A stretch of DNA of 64,000 bases from Bacillota bacterium (GTDB taxonomy: Bacteria; Bacillota; Clostridia; Christensenellales; UBA1242): the NCBI GenBank assembly GCA_009780065.1, contig WRAS01000004.1, forward strand, positions 4,062 through 68,061, given 5' to 3'. Position numbers and translations under genes: made by a program. Of this stretch, positions 1 to 8,825 are shown in pieces. Below the pieces are notes generated by a model. The model saw only the letters and a list, made by a program, of their open reading frames with translations, made no database searches and was not told the DNA's origin. Positions within the stretch are counted from its first letter, which is position 1; the number at the start of each line of letters is the position of its first letter.

Positions 1-1
1 G

Positions 2-958
2 GAGGCAATTTTTTTAACGTGTGTGGGGCGTGGGTGGCGGACGCGAAATGATCGCGAGATGATAAACTTTGATGCGGATACCGCGGTTGTTAAGGCGGTT
101 GCGCAAAAATCATATGGCGATGTTAATGTCGAGATTCTGTTATCGCGAACATCGAAAAAGGCAATTAAAATAAACAGTATCCCGGTTCAGAAAATGGGCG
201 AGTTGATGGGTCAGATTAATTGTGTGTTTTTCTCGCCAGATGAATTGCGTCTTATAAAAGATGCGCCAGCGGATCGACGAAGATTTTTGGATATCAGTTT
301 GAGTCAATTGGATAAGAATTATTTCTATTCCCTGTTGCGATATAATAAAATTTTGGCACAGCGCAATTCTTTGTTGAAGTCCACGACCGAGGATATTGAA
401 CGCGGTTTAGATATTTGGGACAATGAATTGGTTAAGGAAGGTGCGAAAATTATTTATAAAAGAATAGATTTTTTGCAACAAATTAGACCGAGTGTGGAAG
501 GCGTTCATTCATTTCTGACAAATAAAAGTGAGTCTATTGAAATAGTTTATGAGAGTAATTTGAAGTTGGACGGATGCCAGGAAGATATTGAGAAGTGTTT
601 TCTGGAAGCATTGATGATTGCACGTGAGAAAGATATGCGTCAGCGGACGACCACCATTGGTCCACATAGAGATGACATATGTATTTCTATCAACGGTAAA
701 GATGTTCGACAGTTCGCGAGTCAGGGGCAGCAGCGTACCGTTGCCCTGTCGATTAAGCTTGCTGAGGTTCGAGTTTTTAAAGAGCAAACCGGTGAAATGC
801 CAGTGCTTTTGTTGGATGATGTTCTGTCTGAATTGGATGAAAGTCGCCAAGAAAGGCTTCTGGAGGCGATTAAGGGGGTTCAAGCGGTAATTACAACCAC
901 GCAAAACGTTGATGGTGCTGCAAAGACATTTAAAATTAGAGAAGGTGACGTACTTTAA
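2..958 (+). CDS. recF: DNA replication/repair protein RecF, 5'-truncated by the window edge
   Basis: The frame is open from the window edge. EAIFLTCVGRGW, FFSPDELRLIKDAPADRRRFLD and LLLDDVLSELDESRQ match the RecF SMC-like ATPase layout. Confidence 0.85.
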   Translation, partial: EAIFLTCVGRGWRTRNDREMINFDADTAVVKAVAQKSYGDVNVEILLSRTSKKAIKINSIPVQKMGELMGQINCVFFSPDELRLIKDAPADRRRFLDISLSQLDKNYFYSLLRYNKILAQRNSLLKSTTEDIERGLDIWDNELVKEGAKIIYKRIDFLQQIRPSVEGVHSFLTNKSESIEIVYESNLKLDGCQEDIEKCFLEALMIAREKDMRQRTTTIGPHRDDICISINGKDVRQFASQGQQRTVALSIKLAEVRVFKEQTGEMPVLLLDDVLSELDESRQERLLEAIKGVQAVITTTQNVDGAAKTFKIREGDVL

Positions 959-1004
959 TTATTATAGATAGTATCTATAGTAGTAATATATTAATTAATA
1001 AAAA

Positions 1005-1020
1005 TGTTCCACGTGGAACA
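1005..1020. promoter_or_regulatory. parS site (TGTTCCACGTGGAACA, perfect 16-bp palindrome)
   Basis: Matches the Firmicutes parS consensus TGTTNCACGTGAAACA. Lies in the recF/cvpA intergenic region. Confidence 0.85.
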
Positions 1021-1035
1021 TTGGTTTGAATTTTT

Positions 1036-1061
1036 AAAAAAGTAGTCTAGACTACTTTTTT
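1036..1061. terminator. Bidirectional intrinsic terminator between recF and cvpA
   Basis: AAAAA-AGTAGTCTAGACTACT-TTTTT: a palindromic stem flanked by an A-tract and a T-tract. Confidence 0.6.
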
Positions 1062-1086
1062 AAAAAAGAGTTTGATGGAAAATATT

Positions 1087-1665
1087 TTATGACATCTCTC
1101 CTACTCTGGCACCGAGGACGCGTAGTAGTGGTCCGATAATATTTAGGCATACGTCATACAGCCATGAGACCACGGTGCTACCCTCTAGTAGCCAGTCGTG
1201 TAGTCCGGAGAACGCTGCGATTGATGTGATGATGAAAAGGAAACCAGAGAATATAGTTGCGTATACCATGAACTTGAATAGGCCGAGAAAGAAGCCTAGT
1301 GTTTTGTCTATGCTGTTTAAACTTGGGAATCTCTCCTTCCATCTCATGATCTTTCTTCTGAGGATTGCAATGACGACTTTGATTACAATGAATAAGACGA
1401 CTGCGATGATTGCTGTGAGTAGCAAGAGTCCGTTATTACGCGCCATTTCGTCTAATGCGGACTCGCCTTGGAATATTGAAGATAATGGTCCAGCGATACC
1501 GAACCATCTGTCCAGTAGTAATGCAAATGGTCTTGCGATAACTACTGAGATTATTATTATAATGAATGTAGAGACAAAGTCCAGGATGCCGCGTAAAAAA
1601 CCCACATACATCCCAACGAGGGCGAATGTAAGTATTAGTACCACAACTATAACGTCTACTACCAT
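1087..1665 (-). CDS. cvpA: CvpA-family membrane protein
   Basis: 192-aa multi-TM protein whose N-terminus MVVDVIVVVLILTFALVGMYVGFLRGIL is typical of the CvpA family. Confidence 0.6.
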   Translation of the reverse strand: MVVDVIVVVLILTFALVGMYVGFLRGILDFVSTFIIIIISVVIARPFALLLDRWFGIAGPLSSIFQGESALDEMARNNGLLLLTAIIAVVLFIVIKVVIAILRRKIMRWKERFPSLNSIDKTLGFFLGLFKFMVYATIFSGFLFIITSIAAFSGLHDWLLEGSTVVSWLYDVCLNIIGPLLRVLGARVGEMS

Positions 1666-1670
1666 AATAT

Positions 1671-1699
1671 CCTATATCAATTATTGTCGAATTTGTCAA
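1671..1699 (-). promoter_or_regulatory. Leaderless sigma-70-type promoter of cvpA (TTGACA-17-TATAGG-5-ATG) with a Spo0A-box-like TGTCGAA in the spacer
   Basis: On the minus strand the sequence reads TTGACAaattcgacaataattgaTATAGGatattATG. There is no SD. Confidence 0.5.
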
Positions 1700-1735
1700 A
1701 CCTTATATTAGTGATTTAAAACTGCTATACGAAAA

Positions 1736-1751
1736 TGTTCCACGTGGAACA
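1736..1751. promoter_or_regulatory. parS site (TGTTCCACGTGGAACA)
   Basis: Perfect palindrome upstream of parB. Confidence 0.85.
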
Positions 1752-1809
1752 TTTCTTTGTTGACAAGAGTTAAGGGTATTTGGTATATAACCTTATGTAA
1801 GGAGGTTTT

Positions 1810-2775
1810 ATGAGTGCTCAAAGAGGTTTAGGTAAGGGTCTGGGTGCATTGATTGCAATGTTTGATGAAGAAATTGAAACAACAAAGAAAGAACGGACCC
1901 AGGATTTAACTGTGAAAGAATCCAAAAAAGAGGTAGAGAAAGTTGTCAAAGAGGTTGAAAAGCCGTCTGTAATTGTTCCACGTGGAACAATTGAGGTTCA
2001 AGATGGTGTGCAAGAGGTTGATGTGAATTTGATTGATAAGAATGTTAATCAGCCACGTAAAATATTTGACCCGGTCCAATTGCAGGAATTGGCGGATAGT
2101 ATATCCGCGAATGGTGTGTTTCAGCCAATTATTGTGAAGAAGATTGGTGCGAGATACATGATAGTTGCGGGTGAAAGGCGCTGGAGGGCGTCTAAGCTTG
2201 CTGGGTTGGCTAAGATACCGGCGATAGTGCGCGATTATAGTGAAAGACAAATAGCTGAGATAGCGATAGTAGAAAACTTGCAGCGAGAGAATTTGAATGA
2301 AATCGAACTTGCAAATGGGATTAAGCGTTTGATGGATGAATTCTTTTTGACACAAGAGAAGGTTGCTGTTGTTCTTGGAAAGAGTAGGAGTTCGATTGCG
2401 AATACCTTGCGTTTGTTGAATTTACCGCGTGAGGTTCAATCAATGATTGAGAGCGAGCAGTTGTCGGCTGGGCATGCAAAATGTCTTGTGGCTGTTTCAA
2501 ACTCGGAGCAGTGCATAGGACTTGCTAAGAAGTGTGTTGTTGGTCGGCTAAGTGTTAGGGAGTTGGAGGATCTTCTTAAGGATATGCATGAGGTTAAGAG
2601 AGGAACGTCTGCCGCGCCCAAGAAACAGAGTGTTGAGTTGAAGAATTTGGTTCTGGAATTAACCCAAATATTTGGAACAAAGGTGATGGTACAAGGGAAT
2701 GAAAATCGAGGCAAAATAGTTATTGAATATTATAACCAGGCCGACCTTGAAAGAATTAGGAAGAAACTGGTGTAG
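1810..2775 (+). CDS. parB: ParB/Spo0J-family partition protein
   Basis: GLGKGLGALI N-terminal box, ParB box IVAGERRWRASKLAG, an HTH region, an SD (AAGGAGG) 6 nt upstream, and an internal parS. Confidence 0.9.
   Translation: MSAQRGLGKGLGALIAMFDEEIETTKKERTQDLTVKESKKEVEKVVKEVEKPSVIVPRGTIEVQDGVQEVDVNLIDKNVNQPRKIFDPVQLQELADSISANGVFQPIIVKKIGARYMIVAGERRWRASKLAGLAKIPAIVRDYSERQIAEIAIVENLQRENLNEIELANGIKRLMDEFFLTQEKVAVVLGKSRSSIANTLRLLNLPREVQSMIESEQLSAGHAKCLVAVSNSEQCIGLAKKCVVGRLSVRELEDLLKDMHEVKRGTSAAPKKQSVELKNLVLELTQIFGTKVMVQGNENRGKIVIEYYNQADLERIRKKLV
1974..1989. promoter_or_regulatory. parS site inside the parB coding sequence
   Basis: TGTTCCACGTGGAACA, which encodes VPRGT within parB. Confidence 0.8.
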
Positions 2776-2802
2776 GAGTTTTGTAGGATTATAGAAAAAA
2801 AA

Positions 2803-2818
2803 TGTTCCACGTGGAACA
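2803..2818. promoter_or_regulatory. parS site (TGTTCCACGTGGAACA)
   Basis: Perfect palindrome in the parB-parA intergenic region. Confidence 0.85.
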
Positions 2819-2906
2819 TTTTTTTTTGAACGATTAAATGTAGTCGGGTGGATGTATTATGTATTAAAAGAGGGGGTGAAGGTTGTGGTTGTAGGGAATT
2901 GTGAAT

Positions 2907-2922
2907 TGTTCCACGTGGAACA
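2907..2922. promoter_or_regulatory. parS site (TGTTCCACGTGGAACA)
   Basis: Perfect palindrome in the parB-parA intergenic region. Confidence 0.85.
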
Positions 2923-2983
2923 ATTATCTATAGAATATATCTATAATGAATATGTAGCAGTGCATAAAGAATCAAATTGCATC

Positions 2984-3012
2984 TTGAACTATTTGTCGAA
3001 ATATGGTATACA
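2984..3012 (+). promoter_or_regulatory. Leaderless promoter of parA (TTGAAC-17-TGgTATACA-6-ATG) with TGTCGAA in the spacer
   Basis: -35 at 2984-2989, extended -10 at 3004-3012, ATG at 3019. No SD. Confidence 0.55.
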
Positions 3013-3018
3013 TTATTA

Positions 3019-3789
3019 ATGGGAAAAATTATTGCTTTTACAAATCAGAAGGGCGGGGTAGGGAAAACTACGACATGTGTTAATTTGTCGGCATTCTTGG
3101 TGGAAATGGGTAAAAGAGTGCTTATAATCGATGTGGATCCTCAAGGTAACGCCACCAGCGGGATTGGTGTAGATAAAGATAAAGAAACCAAGACGATTTA
3201 TGACGTTTTGTGTGAACAATGCGATATAAGCGAAGCGGTGACGTTATCGCCTATAAAGGGGTTGGAAATTATTCCTGCGACCGTGGATTTGGCGGGTGCT
3301 GAGGTGGAACTTGTGCGTATGCCGGGGCGTGAGCGTCTGTTGAAAAAGTATTTGGAAAAGGTGCGCAATAGTTATGATTTTGTTTGTATTGATTGTCCGC
3401 CCTCGCTTGGGTTGTTGACGTTGAATGCACTTACTTCGGCGGATGCGTTGGTAATACCTATCCAGTGTGAATTCTTTGCATTGGAGGGTGTATCACAATT
3501 GATTAATACTGTGCGACTTATTAGGAAGCAGGGCTTGAATCCAGATTTAGATATTGATGGGGTATTGTTGACAATGTATGATAAGCGAAGTAGTTTGACA
3601 GACCAAGTATCAAATGAAATTTTAAAGTTTTTTGGCAAAAAAGTTTTCAAAACAAAAGTGCCGAGAAATATAAGATTGGCGGAAGCACCGAGTCATGGAT
3701 TGCCAATTACAAAATATGACCCAAAATGTGCGGGCGCGATTGCATATGGGCAACTGGCGAAAGAATTCTTGGCAAGGCAGCCGAAATAA
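3019..3789 (+). CDS. parA: ParA/Soj chromosome partitioning ATPase
   Basis: Deviant Walker A NQKGGVGKTTT and VLIIDVDPQGNAT. Start moved to MGKIIAF; the upstream part of the tracked ORF (from 2977) has no support. Confidence 0.9.
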   Translation: MGKIIAFTNQKGGVGKTTTCVNLSAFLVEMGKRVLIIDVDPQGNATSGIGVDKDKETKTIYDVLCEQCDISEAVTLSPIKGLEIIPATVDLAGAEVELVRMPGRERLLKKYLEKVRNSYDFVCIDCPPSLGLLTLNALTSADALVIPIQCEFFALEGVSQLINTVRLIRKQGLNPDLDIDGVLLTMYDKRSSLTDQVSNEILKFFGKKVFKTKVPRNIRLAEAPSHGLPITKYDPKCAGAIAYGQLAKEFLARQPK

Positions 3790-3799
3790 GAGGAATGAA

Positions 3800-4207
3800 A
3801 TGGAAACAAAAAGTAAATATAAGGTGCTAGGTGGACAGGAAATTAGAGAAAAAGCAGAAGACAGAATATATGAAATTTTGGATGTAGTAGAGAAATTACC
3901 GCAGTTTATTGCTGTGTCCGAGGGATGTTTAGCAATTCAGCGAATAGTTCGAAATGGATTGAATAATCTGACTGATATGCAGGTAATTGAATTGGCGATA
4001 TCCTTTGAGACTGAGACTGGTGGAGAAAAGGTAATAGGTGCGATGGTTATGCGTGATGACGCCGAACAAAGTACAGAAGAAGGTCAAGATACACCAAAAT
4101 TAACTAAACCTATTAAAGTGGATTTGAGTCGGCAAGCGCTTGTTCAGAGGGCATATTTGCATGACCTTGACAATGACCCAGATAAAGAAAGAAAAAATAA
4201 TTTGTAA
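3800..4207 (+). CDS. Hypothetical acidic protein (135 aa)
   Basis: ORF starts at METKSK, 8 nt after the parA stop, with an AGAGGAA SD-like sequence. I recognise no motif. Confidence 0.5.
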   Translation: METKSKYKVLGGQEIREKAEDRIYEILDVVEKLPQFIAVSEGCLAIQRIVRNGLNNLTDMQVIELAISFETETGGEKVIGAMVMRDDAEQSTEEGQDTPKLTKPIKVDLSRQALVQRAYLHDLDNDPDKERKNNL

Positions 4208-4262
4208 ATTGGCTATGGAAAATGATTTGCAAAAATCAGGTTTTCTAGCGTAAAATAGTACT

Positions 4263-5030
4263 ATGGCAATAGCAATATTTGGGGATATCCACGGAAACTT
4301 AGAGGCTTTGGAAGCCATCTTAAAAGATATAAAGAGAAACAGAAAAATTAAACAGGCGTATTTTTTGGGTGACGCGATAACATTTGGTCCAGATTCTAGC
4401 GCGTGTTTGAAATTGCTTGCAAAGCATAGGGATAAAATCTCTTGCGTTACTGGGAATCATGAGCAACGCATGATACGATACGACAAGTCTGTGGGAACAA
4501 TGACATATGCGGGTATAAAGCATATGGAATTTATTTATCACAGTTTGGATAACGAAGACCTAAGATTTATTAAGACAATGCAGAATGAGATTAAAATTAA
4601 CTATAAAGGATTTAATATCTTGTTTACGCATTATTCTTTGGATAAAGAAGGGGTGGTGCGTGATGACTATGACGAGTTTTCCGAGAGTCACTTGCATAAT
4701 CTTTTTGGTGAGAAGAATTCGGATGTCGTGTTTTTCGGGCATATACACACACGAAAGATTATTATTGATGAATTAAGTAAAAGTTATATTTGTGTGGGTT
4801 CCAGTGGTTGTGTGAAAGGGGATACAACCTTTTATACATACTTTGATATCAATGACAAGATTTGTGATGACAAAAACTTTGATATATATCGTGTCAATGT
4901 AAAGTTTAATCGAAAAAAGTTTGAGGAGAAAATGCGTGCTATAGATATTCCGGAGAAAGCGAAATTTGCAAAATTTTGTTTTGGAATGGATATTGAGGAG
5001 AAACTTGAAACACCATCTATGGAAGAATAA
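4263..5030 (+). CDS. Metallophosphoesterase family protein (YfcE/MJ0936-like)
   Basis: GDIHGN, GDAITFG, GNHE and GHIH motifs in the calcineurin-like order. Confidence 0.75.
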   Translation: MAIAIFGDIHGNLEALEAILKDIKRNRKIKQAYFLGDAITFGPDSSACLKLLAKHRDKISCVTGNHEQRMIRYDKSVGTMTYAGIKHMEFIYHSLDNEDLRFIKTMQNEIKINYKGFNILFTHYSLDKEGVVRDDYDEFSESHLHNLFGEKNSDVVFFGHIHTRKIIIDELSKSYICVGSSGCVKGDTTFYTYFDINDKICDDKNFDIYRVNVKFNRKKFEEKMRAIDIPEKAKFAKFCFGMDIEEKLETPSMEE

Positions 5031-5081
5031 TATAGACTTTTTGAAAGTTTTATCTAAAAGATACTTTGCATATAATATCTC

Positions 5082-5852
5082 ATGCCGATTTATGTTGCGA
5101 TTATCCTGGGATTGATTCAAGGATTGACCGAGTTCTTGCCCGTTTCATCCAGCGGGCATTTAATTTTGGCACAGTATTTATTTAACTTGCCAGAAGATAT
5201 GCTTCTTTTTAATATTATTTTGCATGTTGCAACATTGCTGGCGGTGTTGATTGTTTTCCGGTTGCGAATTTGGCAGTTGGTGAGACATCCTTTTAATAAG
5301 ACTAACTTGGCACTGGTATTGGCGACAATTGTGACCGTGTCACTTGTCTTGATTTTTAAAGATATTATAGATAGAACATTCACTGCGCGTGTATTGCCGA
5401 TAACGTTTTTTATAACTGCGATTATTTTATTTGCAACAACATTTGTACGCGAGAATCCAAATCAAAATACAGATGATGCCGAATTGGAGATTACAAAAAA
5501 ATCCGCATTGGCGACCGGCTTGGCGCAGGCAATTGCAGTGGTGCCTGGTTTTTCGCGTAGTGGTTTTACTATAGCAACGGCACTTGCAACCGGCACAAAA
5601 AGGCAAGCTGCGGCAGAGTTTTCGTTTTTGATGTCGATTCCAATCATTATTGGGGCACTGGTACTGGAACTTGTGTCTGGTCCAGTGTCATCAGATATTG
5701 AGATTTTCCCACTGGTGATTGCGTTCTTGGTGGCGTTGGTGTCTGGGGTTTTTGCTATTAAATTCATGCTTAGGATAGTTAGGCGGATTAAACTATATTG
5801 GTTTAGTTTATATCTGGTAATATTGGCGATTGTAACGGTGTTTGTTATTTAG
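5082..5852 (+). CDS. uppP: Undecaprenyl-diphosphate phosphatase
   Basis: LTEFLPVSSSGHL and PGFSRSG motifs in a multi-TM protein. Confidence 0.9.
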   Translation: MPIYVAIILGLIQGLTEFLPVSSSGHLILAQYLFNLPEDMLLFNIILHVATLLAVLIVFRLRIWQLVRHPFNKTNLALVLATIVTVSLVLIFKDIIDRTFTARVLPITFFITAIILFATTFVRENPNQNTDDAELEITKKSALATGLAQAIAVVPGFSRSGFTIATALATGTKRQAAAEFSFLMSIPIIIGALVLELVSGPVSSDIEIFPLVIAFLVALVSGVFAIKFMLRIVRRIKLYWFSLYLVILAIVTVFVI

Positions 5853-5915
5853 GTTGCGAAATCTTGTAGCAGGGCTTATAATAATATTAATAAAATCCCA
5901 AGGAGGATACCACAA

Positions 5916-6344
5916 ATGAAGACAATGGCAGATTTGGTAAATGATTTTTTAACCGAGGAGGAATTCAGTCTCCGAAACAGTCTGGCGTATGCAGGTCTTG
6001 GTCTTTCCAAAGTTACGGGACAGGTCACAGAGATTGTCAGTGGAGTGGGCTTTGCCGGACAACAATATAGTGCCGAGCGTCAAAAACGAATGGCGGATAT
6101 CTTGGGCGAGATGTTATTTCATTGGCATGTGTTGGCGACCACTGTGGACGGGGTTGGGGTGGAACAGATAATTGAACAATATATAGCGCATTATGAAGCG
6201 GTACGTGAACATCTGAAACAGCAACGAATTACAATACATGACATGATGGAAATGAAAAAACATGTAAAGCCAGGTGCACTTCGTGAAATAGAGCGAAATC
6301 GAGACAATGCAGAAAAAAAGAAAATCCGAGAAAAATTTAGATAA
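5916..6344 (+). CDS. Hypothetical protein (possibly a MazG-like all-alpha fold)
   Basis: SD AAGGAGG upstream. ADILGEMLFHWHVLA weakly resembles a MazG helix, but the acidic metal-binding motif is not evident. Confidence 0.45.
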   Translation: MKTMADLVNDFLTEEEFSLRNSLAYAGLGLSKVTGQVTEIVSGVGFAGQQYSAERQKRMADILGEMLFHWHVLATTVDGVGVEQIIEQYIAHYEAVREHLKQQRITIHDMMEMKKHVKPGALREIERNRDNAEKKKIREKFR

Positions 6345-6360
6345 AACATAAAGAAGGCGC

Positions 6361-6389
6361 TTGATAAAATGGCGCTTTTGCTTTATTAT
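6361..6389 (+). promoter_or_regulatory. Leaderless promoter of metG (TTGATA-17-TATTAT-6-ATG)
   Basis: Spacings counted directly. No SD and no leader. Confidence 0.55.
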
Positions 6390-6395
6390 GGATGT

Positions 6396-8057
6396 ATGAG
6401 TAAAAAAGTTTTAATCGGCCTGTCGTGGCCGTACGCAAATGGTCGTCTTCATATAGGACACGTTGCATCTAGTTTGCCCGCCGATGTGTTGGCGCGGTAT
6501 CATCGGATGGCGGGAAATGACGTTTCATTTGTTACAGGGAGTGATTGTTATGGTACGCCAATTTTGGTGGCGGCAAAGCAGGAAGGGATTACACCAAAAC
6601 AACTAAGTGATAAATATCACAAGTTTCATGCCAAAGATTTCAAATCGTTGGGATTTACGTTTTCGCTTTATTCCAAAACCACTGCGAAGCATCATAATGA
6701 TTTTGTGCGGGATTTTCATGCGCGTATGTACTTGCGTGATAAAAAATTTATATATGAACAAGGTGCAGAGCAACTTTATTGTGAATCGTGTGATAAATAT
6801 CTTCCAGATAGATATGTGGAAGGGATATGCCCATTTTGCAAAGGCGAGTCAAAAGGGGATAGTTGTGATGGTTGTGGCAAGATGATAGAACCCGAGGAAT
6901 TATTGGAGCCAAAATGCAAACTTTGTGCAGGAAAGCCTATTCCACGTATGACAAGACAGTTATATTTAAAACTGGCAACGTTGGAGGACAGAATTCGCGA
7001 GTATTTTAATGCACGAAAGGAATCTTGGGCGAATAATGCAATTGGGTTGACAGGGCGGTATTTAAACGAGGGGTTGATAGATCGTGCGATTACACGAAAT
7101 ATTGAGTGGGGGGTACAATTACCTAAAGAGGAATCCAAGCAGGCATTTAATTTCAGTGATGCCGAATTGAAGCAAAAAAAGATTTATATTTGGGCGGAAA
7201 ACGTTCTTGGGTATTTGTCTGTGACAAAAGAATGGTGTGAGCGTACGGGCAGGGATTGGCGAGAATTTTTATTAGATAATGTTAAAAGTGAAAAATTACA
7301 CTATTACGTTCATGGGAAAGATAATATACCATTCCATGCGATAATTTTACCGGGTTTGTTAATGGCAGGGGATGGTGAATATCATTTACCAGATCAAATT
7401 GTTTCCAGCGAGTATGTAACCATGGCAAACGACAAGATGAGTAAATCTAAAGGTAATATAATTCGTGCCGAAGATTTGGTAAAAACATTTGACGTGGATC
7501 TTATTAGATATTTCTTTATAAGAAACGTGAATGACAGGAAAGATGTGAATTTTACCTTGGAAGATTTTTGTGCAACAATAAACGCAGATCTTGTAAACAG
7601 TTTTGGTAATTTAGTTAACAGAACGCTTAGTTTTATTAAGACAAAGTTTAACGGGCGACTTGTGACAGGTAAAAGATGTAGTGCCGTGGAACAAGAAATT
7701 GCAAACACATATATGGAAGTCGGTGAATTGATTGAAAAAGGCAAAACCAATAAGGCATTGCATCGTGCAATGGATTTGGTGCACTTTGCAAATAAATATT
7801 TTGATGCGTGTGAGCCATGGAAGACGGTTAAAAATGATGTTGAAAAATGTAAATCTGATTTGATGGATGTAATTAATATAATTGCAAACTTGGCACGTGT
7901 ATTATATCCGTTTGTTCCGGGCGCGTGTACAAAAGTTGCAAAATGGTTAAAAATTGTGGCGAATGAGTGGAGGCCGATATTTATTGAAAATGAACTTAAA
8001 TTGGGTAAGTTTGATGTGCTTTTTAATAGATTGGATGTAAAACTAGTTCAAATTTAA
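6396..8057 (+). CDS. metG: Methionine--tRNA ligase
   Basis: HIGH motif (RLHIGHV), KMSKS, and a Cys-knuckle CESCDKY...CPFC...CDGCG. Start set at MSKKVL. Confidence 0.92.
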   Translation: MSKKVLIGLSWPYANGRLHIGHVASSLPADVLARYHRMAGNDVSFVTGSDCYGTPILVAAKQEGITPKQLSDKYHKFHAKDFKSLGFTFSLYSKTTAKHHNDFVRDFHARMYLRDKKFIYEQGAEQLYCESCDKYLPDRYVEGICPFCKGESKGDSCDGCGKMIEPEELLEPKCKLCAGKPIPRMTRQLYLKLATLEDRIREYFNARKESWANNAIGLTGRYLNEGLIDRAITRNIEWGVQLPKEESKQAFNFSDAELKQKKIYIWAENVLGYLSVTKEWCERTGRDWREFLLDNVKSEKLHYYVHGKDNIPFHAIILPGLLMAGDGEYHLPDQIVSSEYVTMANDKMSKSKGNIIRAEDLVKTFDVDLIRYFFIRNVNDRKDVNFTLEDFCATINADLVNSFGNLVNRTLSFIKTKFNGRLVTGKRCSAVEQEIANTYMEVGELIEKGKTNKALHRAMDLVHFANKYFDACEPWKTVKNDVEKCKSDLMDVINIIANLARVLYPFVPGACTKVAKWLKIVANEWRPIFIENELKLGKFDVLFNRLDVKLVQI

Positions 8058-8069
8058 AAGGTATTTATC

Positions 8070-8813
8070 ATGCCAAAGATAAAGGACGAAAGAACATTAT
8101 CCGAGATTCACAAGGGGCGCAGAAAGAAACTGCGCGATACTTTTGATAAGTTTGGGTTGGAAACATTTAACGAAACCCAAGTTTTGGAGTTTGCGTTGGG
8201 TTTTGTGGTTCCGCGAATGGATACAAATCCGATGGCACATCGTCTTATTAATCAATTTGGTTCATTGAATGGTGTTATCTCGGCGCATCCAACAAAGTTA
8301 GAGATGATTGACGGAATAGGTGAGCAGTCATCTTTTTTCCTGCATTTTTTGAAGCAGTTTGTTACATACAGTGTGAACAAGGAGTTGGATTCCATTACGA
8401 TACGTTCGCCTAAAGAAGCCGAAACGTATTTGGCGAAATTACTGGCGACATATGAAACCGAGGTTTTTATAATATTGTGTCTTGGAATGCGTGGTGAAAT
8501 TCTGTTACAAGAGAAAGTTGTAGGCGGATTAGATTCAATTGGTATTGATATCCGCGAAATATTGGATACAATTTTACGTGTTAAGACAGTGCGGATTTTG
8601 CTTGCGCATAATCATCTGGATGGTGGGGTTAGTCCCAGTTCTGCAGATTTACGGGTAACCAGGACACTGGTGAATTTGTTGTTTCCACTGGGGATTGATG
8701 TTATGGATCATATGATTTTTGGGGATAACGCAAAGTTCAGTTTTAGCGAAACCGGGATAATAGAAAAATTTCGTAAAGAATACAAAGAGTTTGAAACAAA
8801 AGGTGCTTTTTGA
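8070..8813 (+). CDS. radC: RadC-family JAB/MPN domain protein
   Basis: HhH region (GIGEQS) and JAMM-like motif HNHLDGGVSPSSAD. Confidence 0.85.
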   Translation: MPKIKDERTLSEIHKGRRKKLRDTFDKFGLETFNETQVLEFALGFVVPRMDTNPMAHRLINQFGSLNGVISAHPTKLEMIDGIGEQSSFFLHFLKQFVTYSVNKELDSITIRSPKEAETYLAKLLATYETEVFIILCLGMRGEILLQEKVVGGLDSIGIDIREILDTILRVKTVRILLAHNHLDGGVSPSSADLRVTRTLVNLLFPLGIDVMDHMIFGDNAKFSFSETGIIEKFRKEYKEFETKGAF

Positions 8814-8825
8814 TATACTGATAGT

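Noticed and set aside
1-3100. oriC / DnaA-box cluster, given recF and parAB
   Set aside because: I found no cluster of TTATCCACA/TGTGGATAA in the intergenic regions. The only exact TGTGGATAA I noticed lies inside the pseudouridine synthase gene (~22073) and is isolated.
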